Shown: positions 12,713-26,951 of the stretch, piece after piece
How positions within the stretch are numbered: the first letter of the stretch is position 1
How the letters are laid out: each line of letters opens with the position of its first letter
DNA from: Epiperipatus broadwayi
Taxonomy: Eukaryota > Animalia > Onychophora
Length of the DNA: 64,000 bases
Reading direction: 5' to 3'
NCBI GenBank assembly: GCA_028023455.1
Contig: JAQFVV010000002.1
Coordinates: forward strand, 30,504,001 to 30,568,000
The notes under the pieces: generated by a model
Told to the model about the DNA's origin: nothing
What the model saw: the letters and a program-made list of their open reading frames with translations, nothing else
Databases searched by the model: none
Made by a program: the position numbers and the translations under genes

Positions 12713-12863
12713 AAGTTACCCAATAATGAATAATATTTCTGTAGTATAATTTTCACTACACAACTCTCATGCAAGATAGAATTGATTTCTATCGGCTTTT
12801 ATCACCTTGTAGAGAAATGTAATCATAAACATGTGACTAAAGAAATATGAAAAAAAAAGTAGT

Positions 12864-12917
12864 ATCCCCAAGATGTATATTTTGTGCTGAACCAACCCTC
12901 ATCAGTTATCCCAGATC
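12864..12917 (-). ncRNA. HHR-2 hammerhead, degenerate (G12>A)
   Basis: Reverse complement: CTGATGA GGGTTGGTTCAGCAC AAAA TATACA TC TTGGGGA; lies in a 366-bp-period unit at 12721-13130. Confidence 0.6.
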
Positions 12918-13147
12918 ACAATCTTTTACAGATATATTTATCATTGTTCAGTATATATTAGATAGACAATTACTAAAGCTTAACTGATACATGCCAAACT
13001 TGCTGCTCTCACAACTTTGAAACAAATTACTTAATGGAAGTACGACAATGATTTTTATTAGTCATTCATTAGACTAGAGATTATCCTGTTAATGAATAAT
13101 ATTTCTGTAGTGCAATTTTCCTTACATCTCTCTCACACAAAGTAGAA

Positions 13148-13635
13148 AAAACAGGCAAAACTCATAAACGTATTGCCACACACAGCAAGCTAGAGTAATC
13201 AATGAATGCCAGAAGGCTTGTGCATAAAATCCCTATCTAGTGCCTACTCATCCAATATCCCCAGACTAGTTTCTGTCTTGTGGCCTTCATCAGTGAGGAG
13301 CCTTGGATCTGAGAGCACTGCACCTAGATCTTAGGATGTAATGCAATCCTCCAGCAGCCACTTTTTATCTCCACTTAACTACAAAACTATGAGTCTTAAA
13401 CTGAAAACACCATAATGTTTTCAATCCAAGCCCATTAGCTTATATAGTCATATGGGTATGAACTCAGTTCAGTACTCATACATTTTGGTGTCTTTGGTTC
13501 TTTAATAACCATAGCCACTACTATCCTATTAGGCAAGATTGGTTCTAAACCAATAAACATCACGTAACTACCACCTCTTATGCTTGTGTATAACTGTTAA
13601 AACAGGCAAAACTCACTATACATATGCCACACACA
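13148..13635 (-). mobile_element. HHR-1 copy (about 1.1 units)
   Basis: acaggcaaaactc at 13151 and 13602. Confidence 0.87.
13250..13308 (-). ncRNA. HHR-1 hammerhead
   Basis: Reverse complement: TCCTCA-CTGATGA-AGGCCACAAGACA-GAAACTAGTC-TGGGGATATTGGAT. Confidence 0.82.
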
Positions 13636-13920
13636 GTAGTGTTAAAATGAGATAGAAGCCAGCTACTACCTTGTATGAGAATGGTGTAGTGAAAATTACA
13701 CTACAGAAATATACCTAAAATTATTTTAAATGAATCACATGTATAAAAGTATTAGAAAACAAAGATTTAGAAAATTATCATAAGATTTTGTAATGTTTTA
13801 CGAAAATGATGTAGATGAAGATTTTATTCAAGAAATATTATCTTTAAAAAAATTCATTTTGAATGAAGATGTCAGCTATATCCAAAATATACAATATTAC
13901 ATTATGTTTTACATAATATA

Positions 13921-14100
13921 TTTAATGAACTTTTTCCAAATGTATTAATTGTAATAAGAATTTTTTTTACATTACCTGTGACAATTTCAAGCATTAACTA
14001 TTCTTTTAGTAAATTAAAACTTATAAAAATTATTTCATTTTATAATTTGGGAAGATAAGTTAAACACTTTAGATATGTTAAGTATAGAGAATGTGTTATC
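13921..14100 (+). pseudogene. hAT C-terminal dimerisation domain remnant
   Basis: ELFPNVLIVIRIFFTLPVTISSINYSFSKLKLIK. Confidence 0.65.
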
Positions 14101-14367
14101 AATGAAATAGCAATAAATAGCTATGAAAGCCAATATTCATCAGATATTATTTATCAAATATCATCACGATTTTTCTTTATCAACATAAGACTGGACAAAG
14201 ATAAAGATTTCATTAGTATTCTTCTATAAAGATCTCCTGCATATGTCCATCTTTCAAAATGAACTGTTTAGATTTTATTCCATTTTTAAACTGCCTTTTC
14301 CAAAGATGATCAAGAATTTCTGATTTTATAATCTACTCAATTCTTCTTACATAAAAACCTACATAAA

Positions 14368-15250
14368 AAACATCACATGATCATTATGTCTTATGCTTAT
14401 ATAAATTATTAAAAGTGGCAAACTCTCTCCATATAGTAGTGCCATCTAGTGCAAGCCATAGTCATCAATGGAAATAAGTTTGTGCATAAAATTATTATCT
14501 AGGGCCTATTCATCCAATATTCTAAGACTAGTTTCTAGTTTGTGGCTGTGATCAATGCCTTGGATCTGAGAACCCAGCATCCAAATCTTAGAATCTATTG
14601 CAACCCTCCAGCAGATATCTTTTTTGCCTCTTTAGTTAACTATAAAGCTTCACATGATCACCATCTCTTATACTAGCACATAATTGTTTACAAACAAAGC
14701 AAAACTCTCCATACAGTAGTGCCACTATGTGCCAACCAGAGTAATCAATGGTTAGGGATTTTATGCACAAGCCTTCTGGCATTACTCTGGTTGGCACAGG
14801 GTGGCACTACTGTATGGAGAGTTTTGCCTTGTTTGTAACTATAAAGCTATGAGTCCCAAATGAAAATATAATAATGTTTTAAATTCAAGCACACTCACTA
14901 TGGTTATTAAAGAACAAAAGGCACCAAAATGTATAAGTTCTGAATTGGGTTCAGATCTGTATGAGTATACACAAGTGAATGATCTTGAATGGAAAACATT
15001 ATGGCGTTGTCATTTTGGGTCCATAGCTTTGTAATTAACTTAAAAGGGAAAAGATGAGTGCTAGAGGGTTGCATTGTATCCTAAGATCTAGGTGCAGTGC
15101 TCTCAGATCCAAGGTTCCTCACTGATGAAGGCCCCAAGATAGAAACTGGTCAAGATATTGGGTAAGTAGGCACTGGATAGGAATTTTGATTCACAATCCT
15201 TCTAGAATCCATCAATTACTATGGTTTGCATTGGGTGACACAACTGTATT
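14368..15250. mobile_element. Cluster of HHR-1 copies and a fold-back
   Basis: Minus copy with a degenerate core near 14512-66; hairpin 14655-14840; plus copy with CTGATGA at 15122-28. Confidence 0.8.
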
Positions 15251-15639
15251 GACAAAGTTGCTACTGTTATTCCAACATCTCCAGTCATAATATGATACAT
15301 TTAAACAAATAAGAAAAACTGTAACAATGACAACAACTTTTTGCCATATGATGCAATAATAATGATATACACCTTAAAAAATATCCACTTTAGGGTAAAT
15401 GAATTCAAATATTTGAACAACAAATAAAACAAATATTTTCAAAACTGCTCAAGATATCTTTTGAGACAGAAGATGTAAATAATAGTATATGAATACTAAG
15501 CATATTTACCATATGTGAAAGACAGTAGGAATGTACATAAGAAAAGTAACAAGTGATTAATTGCATTGTAATGAGTTCTAATATTTGTGGCTAAAATAAT
15601 TGAGATAAAATAAAAATATATGTTGTTACAAGATCCATT

Positions 15640-16345
15640 TGGTAGTACCTCACAGTGCAAGCCATAATCAATGGAGATTGCAAGAAGGTTTGTGCACAAA
15701 ATACCCATCTAATGCATACTCAACCAATTCCCAGACTAGTTTCTAGCTTTTGGCTTTCATCAGTGAGGAGCTTTCGGATATGAGAGCACTGCCCCTAGAT
15801 CTTAGGATCTAATGCAACCCTCCAGCAGCCACCATTTACTTTCTTTACTTAACTAAAGCCACGATTCCAAGTGAAAATGATGATTTCAACCCAAGCTCAT
15901 TTGCTTATATAGTAATCCAGATCTGAACCCAGTTCAGTATCTACTCATTTTGGTGTCTTTGGTTCTTTAATAACCATGGGTACACACCAGAATCTTTAGA
16001 CACTGAACTGGGTTCAGATTTGTATGACTACATAAATAAATGAGCTTGAAAACATTATGTTTTCATTTGGACCCACAGCTTTATAGTTAACTAAAAGGTG
16101 GCTTCTGGAGGGTTGCATTAGATCCCAAGATCTAGATGCAGTGCTCTCAGATCCAAAGCTCCTCATTGATGGAAGTCTAGTCTGGGACATTAGATGACTA
16201 AGGACTAGATAGCGATTTTTGCACAAACTTTCTTATATCCATTAATTACTATGGTTTGCACTGGGTGGCACTCCTGTACTGAGAGTTTTGTTTTTGTTTT
16301 AACAGCTTGGATAAACATAAGAAATGGTGGTCATGTGGCATTTAT
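15640..16345. mobile_element. HHR-1 long fold-back element
   Basis: Minus arm has an intact core; plus arm has stem II deleted near 16165-85. Confidence 0.85.
15723..15779 (-). ncRNA. HHR-1 hammerhead
   Basis: Reverse complement: TCCTCA-CTGATGA-AAGCCAAAAGCTA-GAAACTAGTC-TGGGAA. Confidence 0.82.
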
Positions 16346-19300
16346 CTATAGTTCTCTAAATAAGTTTTTTGGTCTTTACAATAATATCATTAAGAATAAT
16401 TTGAGTTTGAATCGCTTTATTCATTTTTTATTATTCCTTGCTATTTCCAAAGTCTCTCTTCATATTATTTTGCAATACATTGCTTCATTTTTGAATTTAA
16501 AGTCCAATATAAAAGTTAGTAATTATGCAGCATATTTTATGCCACGAGCTTTTATTAATGGCTTGGATTAACTTTGCTGCCATTTTATCTTCTTCAGTTA
16601 TTAAGCGCATAATCGAGTATTACGAAAAGATAAAAGTTGAAATTCAAGACTTTAATGCCGTAAGCATGCTTTCGACAGACCATTGTCAGAGTCAGTGCTG
16701 TACTAATTTAGTGGTAAATACAGTGAAATTTCCACAACTATTTGGTCATTATATATTAAACATCATACAAATCGGATTCAGCACTGATTCATTAAAGAAT
16801 ATACTCAAGAAATAATTAGTTTTATATGCTATCAATAAAATTTTAGTCAAAATTATTTATGCAACCTATCATATTATTATTAAACAATACTTTAGTCTAT
16901 CTTATGATTTTCCCAAAAATATAATAGAAAAATTATATACTGTAAATGTATATACTTTTTAATTTTTGTCCAATATCTTAAAAATGTCCAATATCTTAAA
17001 AAAAAAGACCAGATTTTAAAACATCTTGAGTGTTTGGCCTAGTATAAGAGCTAAGCAATGGAAAACATCTCTGAATCAATCTCTGAATGAAAAGAGTGGA
17101 AAAAATGAGGAAGAAAGGATTCCAAATACGCCACTTTTTTAGGAATTTTGGCTTTATTTACTAAATTTTGACACACACTCTGCTGTTTGCTGATGCTATG
17201 ATTCTGATTTCATTGGCCGAAAGTGCACTCAAAACAAATTTTCTATAATCATTACGGAATATTTCTTAAACCAATGTTCAAAATGCTAGTATATATATTT
17301 TACAATTTGTCTAAAAAAAAGAATTTGTTTATTTAACCAATTGCTTGATCATCTGAGCAACTGATTTATTAAATATTGATACCTATTACACCAGGAACCT
17401 TGTGGCATAGCAGTAGGGTACCATTTATGACATGCTCTGGAATTTAAATCCAGACTACGTAAAACTAGAATTTTTTTTTTGATTCCAGTCAGTTTAGGAT
17501 CCCCCCCCCCCCAATAATTAACCCATAATTAATATGCTACTCTTCCTATATTATCCAGTGAGTGTTTAACCAGAGTTTGAAATTGTTATCACCCTGGGAA
17601 TTGGTGAATTTGTTGAATAATGCTTCCTATTTTTATTATTCCTCTATGAAAAATTTGACATGCCCCATGCTATTTAAAGACTTTGTCCTATTACAACACA
17701 GAAAAATATCCTAAAAAATTAATTGTAAAAACCTAAACAAAAACAATATACAAGAACTAAAAAAGAACTAGATTTTAAAAATGAAAAATAATAATGAAAA
17801 AAATATGTATAATAATAAATGGACATTCACGTAATAGTATTATAAGTTGTCATCCAGCTTTTACTAAAACTTACGAAACAACATTAGCTTCTAAATTTAT
17901 AAATAAAAAGTAATGATAATTTTGTGAATAATTCCAGATATAAAAATGTATATAAAGCCATTAAAAAAACTTTTTAAAGCTATGATGATATTAATTATTT
18001 CTCCAAAAAAAATATAATTTAGAAACCTCACAAATGGTTCTGATAATACCAGTATTCAAAGATCATTGATAACATCATGAAATTATAAAAGTGAAGAGTA
18101 TTGAAGCTTGAAAAGAAACATCTTCAAATACATTAGGTAAGTTAAATTTGCAGGGGAATGAGATCTTTAATTATTTTAAACGTTACCTGAAATCTTGATA
18201 TTTTTGAATCCAAAACAAAAATTCCCTTTTGTCAGACATTTGTACGTGAATCATGTAGAAATTTTGTTCAAATTGATGTTAGTGATTCCAAAAGCAAAAT
18301 TTTTAGCAGAATATACCATATTATCATTAAACAGAAAAAAAAATATTGTTCATTAATGATAAAATAATGTAGACACTATTGCATTATGACCAATTTGCAA
18401 TGCCGTCACTAAGATTTTTAATGCCTGTTTTTACATATAATACGAAGCTCCTCTTTCTCCTGTTCTTCCTGGACATAAAGATTAAATAATTAAATAAACA
18501 ACTTTTAATGTATTTAAAATAAAACAACAGTTAGGTTTTTATTAGCATATCCCTCTAAGTTTTCTTCTTCAGTTCTAGTAACCAGATTTTTTTTTAGAAT
18601 CCATTTTCTAAATTTTTCAAGAAACAAACTAAAATTTTTTAGAATCAAATATTAATATAGATGTAAAATAAAAATAATAACTCACCTTTACAAAAATGTT
18701 CAACTTAACGGAGATGCTATAAAAAATTCTTCTGGTACTATTAATTCGACGTTAACCAGTTTTTGAGTAGTTATTCTTGGTTAATATCATGAAATGTTTG
18801 ATTATCGCTTAGTAGAGTCTAATGATTTTTATACAGCCTTGATAAGAACTCAAGTTGAAAGTGCTTGGCAATAGTGTTTCATATTATTTTAATGTCTCTC
18901 TATTTTATACAATAGTTGTATTGTCAGATTGTGATTTAACAGAGATGTAAAAACTGCAAAGTAATAAAAGTTGTGATGTACGTAGGTAATGTCCAATATA
19001 TTTCCATATATTTCTAAATAAGTGAAGTTTTAATATAATAAAAAAGTTCTTATTACATAGTGCCTTTTGATTTTGGTACCCTTTGGATCTGACATTTGCA
19101 TGTGATGCAGGTTTTGAAGACCTTTTGCCATTGGCCCTGCCAATACGTTTTTATAAATGCTTTAAAAATAGTTATATAATAGAAATAAAAGAATCATAGT
19201 TTACTATGGATCCTATCCTATCAGTATAAACAGTTTTGACTTTAGAATCAAAGCTATAACTGATGCTACTATGAATGAAATGGAAATTATAAATACAGTA

Positions 19301-20679
19301 GACAAGTTTCCATGCATTAGTCATATCGAAGGACAAACATTTTCACTATTGTTAAGTTCCACCAATAAGAGTACTTTGTAATAATTTTGATAAAGTAGAT
19401 CATATAAGAATGAAAATTAAAAAAGCCATGATCCCAAGAGACTGAGCATTGCCAAAAGATTCTCTCCAATTAATGATATGAATGTTGAACATCATGGAAT
19501 GAAATTATTGATGACATAATCATTTCCACATACCTTAAGTCATTGATGAAATGCTATTTGAAAAGTGGAATTCCTTTTATTCTTAATTGGGTCACTATAT
19601 CCATAAACAAAGGATTGTGATAAATCCAAAACATTTCAATATTGAAGAAAATAGTTCACCGTCCAATCAGTAGGATGCCAAGAAAGACAACATTAGACTA
19701 CAATGAAGTTGGGCGATTTCATGTAAGCTTTTAACTAAAGCCAATTAAATGTCCAAAAATAAAACAGATCTTGTAGCCAAAGAACTTCACGAAAAATAAT
19801 AGTTGATCAAAATGAGTAAAATGCATGTATATCAGTTGCAACAGTAAACATAAAATTTAATCCAATTTATCTGATCGATTACTTCTCTGTATCATATGAA
19901 CAAACTTTCTTATTTCATTTACCAATTTCTAGAAAGTCTCTTGCTAGGTATTTACAATTTCTTAAGATTCAGTTTAAGATTTCTGCTGTCCATCTATATT
20001 CATCCCTTCAAGCAAAATGGCCAGTCCAACTCTAATTCAGTCTCTTAATTCCTTTAATGATGTTAATAATATTTGTTTATTCTTTTACCCAAGTATTTTA
20101 CTTCCGACCCAATATGCTACTATCCATAATTTGTTGAATAGTCTAAAGTTTCTGTTAAATGTCCAAGACTTAGATCCACAAGTAAAAACTGCTAAAACAC
20201 ACCTTGTAAAAACGTTTTCAAATATGAAACATCATTTTTTTTAAAAGATTAAAATTATTTCTCCCAAAAGGACTTCATCCAAGTTTAATTCTATGATTAA
20301 TTTCATCTTTTATGTTTCCACATAATCAAGGCATTTCTAATTTTTAACTTCTAATATATAATTATCAATCTTTATTATTTTCTTCTGATAAACGCCTTCG
20401 CACATTAGTATAGTCTTTTTTAATATTTATTTTTAGTCCTACTTTCTTCCTTTCATCTGATAACTCTTGTCATAAAGCTATATGATAATCTAATCAATAC
20501 CGACCAATAAGACATTAGCACACAAAGCTAATGAACATTGTTAAGTATTCTAATAAGGTATGTGGAATAACAACTTTTGTAATTCAATAGAAGTAGAATA
20601 AACACTGTCAATGAACAATATCACTACTGTTGGAAGCTAAGTACCTGTAAATTATCTTATACCTTAGAGAAAAACTCGT

Positions 20680-20780
20680 GTGACGCAACAACTTGAACTG
20701 GCCTATCAGTCCTAACGATCTTACCCCACTCTATTGACATGCCTCGATGACATATTATAAATCATAAAAAAGAATCCAGC
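20680..20780 (+). pseudogene. Tc1/mariner catalytic-domain remnant
   Basis: WPISPNDLTPL resembles WPxxSPDLxPxD. Confidence 0.4.
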
Positions 20781-21224
20781 TGCTATTCTGGTATACATGA
20801 ACATTACTGTTGCTCAGTACAAAAGTGTCAACCACAATTCTTACATCTTATTAATAAAATATCTAATAATTATCGCAATTCAACTTAAAATAAATGTAAT
20901 AATAGTCAGAACATGGCAGTAGTAAACCTTCATTCAATAGAGATTGAGAGCATTCACATGATCATGTTTCAAGAACTATCCATTTGGAATTCGGTGACAA
21001 ATTCGTGACTTTTTATTTCACATTTCCAGAATATAATACAATCTACTATTCTAGATGCAAGTAGAGGGATTTGAACTCAGAATTTTTCAGTCTGTTCATC
21101 CTCTACTCCATCAAAGAAGTGGATGGTTGAATAGTTGGAAGGTGAGAAGCTTGAAGCTTGTCCCCATTAAAGTTTGAGGAATTGCTATCTTAATATAATC
21201 TCAGTGATTGTGATATATGTGTAT

Positions 21225-21279
21225 GATCTGGTCCAACTGATGAGTGCTGGTTCTGCAAGAAATACATATATTGAGAATC
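21225..21279 (+). ncRNA. HHR-2 hammerhead
   Basis: CCAA CTGATGA(21237-43) GTGCTGGTTCTGCAA GAAA TACATA TA^TTG; sits in a fold-back element at about 21055-21375. Confidence 0.7.
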
Positions 21280-22490
21280 ATGTATCTTTAGCATGTGTGT
21301 GGTCATGTGTTGTTTCTAGAGATGGAGTGGAGAAATAGATTGAAAAAATATTGAATTCAAATTCTTCTACTTATATATATATATAAGAAACATTCATTAT
21401 AAGAAAGTTACAGTAAAGTAAAAATCTTATAATATTTTTATGAAGGAACTATCACTGACGTACAGAGCAAAAATCTTTGGATCGTTCATTTTGTGATTTC
21501 ACTTTTAAAAAGTAGATGCATACTAGCCCTACCTAAGAGAGAGAAAGAGAGGGGGGGGGAGACAGAGGGGAGAGGTAGAGAGAAAAAAAATATATTGTAA
21601 AACAATGAGCCCATCACAAATGGTATGTAAAATATCAGAAGGCCTTTCATTGTTATGACAATTGTTTGTGTAATAAAGTTTTTATGGATTGAGTCTATGG
21701 ACAAAAATGTATATTTATAGATTCATGGTTCATAGAATTCATTTGAAGATCGGTCTACATTGAAATCATGTGATAGTTGCCCGGACTATGATTTTCTGTG
21801 AGAAATCAATAGAGTCCAATTGTCCGCAAATGGTTATATTATTGCTCCAATAGTGGCCAAATTTTAATGTTTTTTGTGCTAATGTTAAATTTTCCTAGAT
21901 TTTTCAAAAGTGACTGAATATATGCAGACTGAAATAAGGCTGAGGGTAATGGTTAACTTTTGCGAAATTAAACTACTTCTGTGCAAGAGATTTTACATCC
22001 GCTTCTTACTTTTTCTTCTTGTCACTTTTTTTTTAATGATGAAATTATAAAAATAATTACTAGAAAGATAGACTACTCTAAAGGTAAAAAATATACCCGC
22101 AAAGTAACGACTAAGATATATCTGTAAATATATATATACAATGTCTTCCTATATCATGAGATTTGGTTTCATGCCATATATGGATATTGAAATTACAGAT
22201 AATAGTGAATTATAAACAAGGCAAAACTGTCTATACAGTAGTGCCACCCTGTGCCAACCAGAGTAATCAATTATGTAAACAATTATGTGATCATGTGATG
22301 CTTAATAGTGAATTATATTATAGTATGTATTTTTAACATGCTCACACATATATAAAAGTATGTATATGTGTAGTGGTCCAGGTTTGCAGTCAGATAATTG
22401 ATAATACTAAAAACTAGAGAATTAATATCTAATTCTAATGTCTGTATGTGCTATATATGATACATATCATACAAATATCATAATAAATAT

Positions 22491-22713
22491 TCTCAGATCC
22501 AAGGCTCCTCATTGATGGAAGCCACAAGCTAGAAACTAGTCTGGAGATATTGGATGAGTAGGCACGAGATGAGGATTTCATGCACAAACCTTCTTGCATC
22601 CATTGATTACTCTTGGCTTACACTGAGTGGCGCTACTGTATGGAGAGTTTGGCCTCTGTATAAACAGCTTGTGTAAGCATAAAAAATGGTTATCATGTGT
22701 TTAGTCGTTTAAT
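22491..22713 (+). mobile_element. HHR-1 copy, degenerate core (TTGATGG)
   Basis: GAAACTAGTC at 22532-41; a related mini fold-back lies at 22205-22300. Confidence 0.85.
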
Positions 22714-23089
22714 TAGAGAATTACTATCTAATTTTAATAAATGTGTGCGCAACATATGATACATATCACCGCAAATATCATAATAAATAAATATTATTAC
22801 CCATGGATCTTCAGATATCTTCATTCAGCTACAGACCTTGATGATACCATCAAATTTGCTTTTATATCTCTCTAAGTCAGAGAGAGACATGAGACTCTGA
22901 ATCACCATAAATCTATCTTATTTAAAAGACTATAAAGAATATTTTATTACATAAAAATTCATACCCCAAAGTAATGAATATAATAAAAGCTTATAAATTA
23001 TGATAAAAACAATGATTTAAAAATCTACTTAGTCAAGGTATGATTATTGGTAATTTATAATATCCACGAACCTCAAAGCAAATAAATAT

Positions 23090-23755
23090 TACAATAAACT
23101 ATGTTGTGGTTCGAATACAAGGTATTGTTAGTAATCTATCAATGTTGGTTACGATAAACTATATTGTGGTTCGAATTCAAGGTATTGTTAGTAATCTATC
23201 AATGTTGGTTACAATAAACTATATTGTGGTTTGAATACAAGATATTGTTAGTAATCTATCAATGTTGGTTACGATAAACTATATTGTGGTTCAAATACAA
23301 AGGTATTGTTAGTAATCTATCAATGTTGGTTACAATAAACTATACTCCTGGTTCGAATACAAGGTATTGTTAGTAATCTATCAATGTTGGTTATGATAAA
23401 CTATATTGTGGTTCAAATTCAAGATATTGTTAGTAATCTATCAATGTTGGTTATGATAAACTATATTGTGGTTCGAATTCAAGGTATTGTTAGTAATCTA
23501 TCAATGTTGGTTACGATAAACTATATTGTGGTTCGAATACAAGGTATTGTTAGTAATCTATCAATGTTGGTTATGATAAACTATGTTGTGGTTCGAATAC
23601 AAGGTATTGTTAGTAATCTATCAATGTTGGTTATGATAAACTATATTGTGGTTTGAATACAAGGTATTGTTAGTAATCTATCAATGTTGGTTACGATAAA
23701 CTATATTGTGGTTCGAATTCAAGGAATTGTTAGTAATCTATCAATATTGGTTATA
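23090..23755. repeat. 60-bp minisatellite, about 11 copies
   Basis: Unit aaactatattgtggttcgaatacaaggtattgttagtaatctatcaatgttggttacgat repeats directly with no spacers. Confidence 0.95.
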
Positions 23756-25899
23756 ACCTTAAGAGCATTGCGCATGGACAAAAATGCTTTTAATTTAATT
23801 GAGTACTAAGCTAAGTGCTTTCCGGAGATATGTACTCCCATATTCATAATAAACTACGTAAATGCATAATTATTTATCATTAAAATCACCACTCCCACCT
23901 AAGACTTGGTCTATTCTTTAAATTTCTATAATTATCTTTCGGGTTTTCTTTGCCCCCAATCAAATCTATGTGTAAAAAATAGAACCATTTCAATTGTTTT
24001 TATTTTTTTCAATAAACAATCTTTTTTTAATCCATTCTTTTAATACCATGTATTTCTAACAACATATATTTAATTTATCTTTTTCATTTCCCTCAAATTC
24101 ATCTTTAAATATATCCAATCACCTTCCTCCCATACTCTATTTTTTTTTTTAATAATCACAAATCTCTACTCTGCTCAAAATCATATTTTGAACATAATAT
24201 TCAATTAGTTCTTTCTTAATTACAAATTCAATGCATTAGAAAATAATCGGTGTTTTCATTTTAATTTCTCACTTTTTCAACATTACATAACCCATATATT
24301 AAAAATACCAACTGGGTACCATTTTTTTTTTTTTAACTATTAAAATTGATTTTTTAATTCTCACTTCTACTTTGTTGGCTCACATTTATTTTCATTCCAA
24401 ATTTGTTAAAAATCCTTTTTGCCAATTTTGTTACAATCAACTACAGTTTTACTAATGGATGTATATATTCATATAATAAATAAATAAAAAATGAATAATA
24501 GTCGTATATTTTAATCAAAAGCCGAAGTCAAAACTGGAACCATGTTAAAATGAATGGTGATCATATTATAATCCGCAAAATTTAATGCTGTACAGATGAA
24601 GGATAGAATCTGACTAAAATATAAGAGAAAATTATTATTGTTGCCTTTTTTCTTCACAAATATCATTTGAAGAAAGTTTTATTCTTCTCAAGTTTATGAG
24701 TATACATGATAAGTAAGGTAATCAAGCAAAACAATCTTTGAATAGTCTACAAAATATTAAATAATATTTTAAACTTAAGAATATTGATAAATAAATCGTT
24801 GAAAAGAACTGTTCAAATTAAACAAAGTTTAAGAATAAATATAGGGACATGTATATAATAATTAATATTATAAATCTTAAAAACTTACCTTATATGGAAA
24901 TAAGTTTCTAAGAGAGTAATTAATTGTATGTGTAATTATAAGCTAAGATGAATTCCATTGTACGATAACAAACTTTAAGTAATATGTAAATTGATTAAGC
25001 GAACTAATTAAAGCCAAAGTCAAATTACTCCACAGAAGATAAGAAAAACAAAAGAAGAGATGGATATAAAAAGCTAGGAAAAAAAGACTGTTGGCTCTTT
25101 CTGTGGTTGCGGCTATCATCACTGTGTCCATGAGTTGAAAGGCAGTGAAGATCATCATCAGAGGACTTCATTCCCAGGATCTCGGCTCCGGTAGATCACT
25201 AAGCTGACTAGTGCTTTTAACAGACCATCTTGATCTTATTATTATTTTGAAACACCTCAAGAGGCTCTTAGAGGGTTGTGTTATAAAGATGATAAACAGC
25301 AATAAAGATAAAGTGAATTAATAGCTTACCTAAACTGTATAAACATTATTTGCTATTCAGTAATTAACCAGTAAATTAGGCTTGCTCAAATGCAGACTTC
25401 ATATTTATGTCAAAGATCCGTATAGTAATTCTCTTTCTTAATTGTTAATAAATTGTTATTACTAAATATATAATGTTTTGTTATTTGTCGAGTTTATTGT
25501 ATATTTGTTTGCTGGTCACCCAGTCATAGTTGGGAACAGAGCATAGTCAATTACTAGGTGAAAGATCTCATCAACAACCCCTTGAAAGAAATCCAATACA
25601 AAATACAATATTCACCAGATTTGGCATTTTTAGAAAGGTGAAGCTTAGCATGGTTTTCCATCCTTGCTTTATATTCTAGCTAAAAGTAGACGGATAGCCA
25701 TTTATTGATTCTCGATGATTATTTGGTTTTGAATATAGGTTCACTATCTGAAAGAAAAATTCCATTGCCTGTAGAAAATTTTTTTGTTTACTGAGTTTGG
25801 ATTCAAACCCAGATCACAGATATAATAAATAGATTTACTGCTGTTGCATCACAAGACTTCCTATCTATATGTGAGTGTATATAAATAACATTTATATAT

Positions 25900-26060
25900 A
25901 AATATGTAAAAGACCCAAAAAGAGACCACATGTGAGATGGATGGAAGAAATAAGGAAATGTGCAGTGATGTGGAGAAAAGAGGCTAGAGACTGGAGAAGA
26001 TGAATTGAATGTGGAGAGACCTTCATTCTGCAGTGAACTGATAATGGTTGATGATGAAGA
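25900..26060 (+). mobile_element. RTE-clade LINE 3' end
   Basis: RPHVRWMEEIRK...GETFILQ, then a (GAT)n tail; homologous to 10340-10445. Confidence 0.72.
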
Positions 26061-26951
26061 TATGTATATAGATAGATGTGTAAACACAGATGCTCTTCAG
26101 TATTTCTCTAATAAGATATAGTATAAAAAAAAAAACTCAACAATCAACTAGTCATTACTGTCTTTAGTGAGAGGTTTTATGATCATCCTTTCTTGTCAGA
26201 CACCCATTTATTAAACAATACTTACACAAATAGCTAGATTGTCAATTGGATAGATACATTATATTCATTTTTGCATTTTGGTTTGGACTTATTAATCAAA
26301 TAGGATGACATAAAACAGAGACATAGTAATAATTTTGTTAACAGAATTAATATATTTTATTTATTTAAAATATTTATATATTTATCAAAATTGTATAAAT
26401 TCCAAAAAGCATTTCTACAAAAGAAAACCATACTATATACATAAAGAATAATCAGAAATAAAAAATATAATGAACTAGAAAATCATGTAACATTAAAATA
26501 CTAGTAAACTAAAAAAACTTATATATAAAATTCTGTCATGACCATGGTTTTGCTATTGCATAAATAGATCTTCTTAACTGAAAATCAATGAAACATAATA
26601 CATTGATATATAACAGACTTAACCATTCTCATAATCCATTCTAAAGTACACCTATCTTTATTTATCAAAGGAAGCTTTTATAAGATGGATAGCCTTATAA
26701 TTAAGAAGACTAATCATTAGAGTTTATTTAATTCTTCTTCTCAATCCACTTTTGTCATAAAAGACAAGCTCTGCATTGGCAAATAATATATTATGATCTC
26801 TATCTAAGTTCTACAAAGCTGAATTATAATACCTATACATTTTACAGCAACGATAAGAAACTTTACAAACTATATCAGAAATATATTTCCTATCAATAAA
26901 TTGTTTTGGACTATGTAATAAATCAAGACCTTTCTTCAAAACAACTCTCAT

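Noticed and set aside
16655-16705. HHR-like motif on minus (CTGACTC-T-GACA...TGTC-GAAA-GCATGC-TT)
   Set aside because: Core positions 8-9 do not fit and there is no stem I; kept only as a possible decayed relative.
19200-20450. Possible retroelement RNase H or RT remnant
   Set aside because: Only faint motif resemblance with stops in all frames; needs a profile search.
23090-23755. CRISPR array or repeat-protein gene (ORF 23384-23656)
   Set aside because: Units are contiguous with no unique spacers, the context is eukaryotic, and frame-breaking indels and stops occur in several units.
25060-25260. GC-richer stretch as a coding exon
   Set aside because: No frame gives a recognisable protein and there is no convincing splice-site pair.
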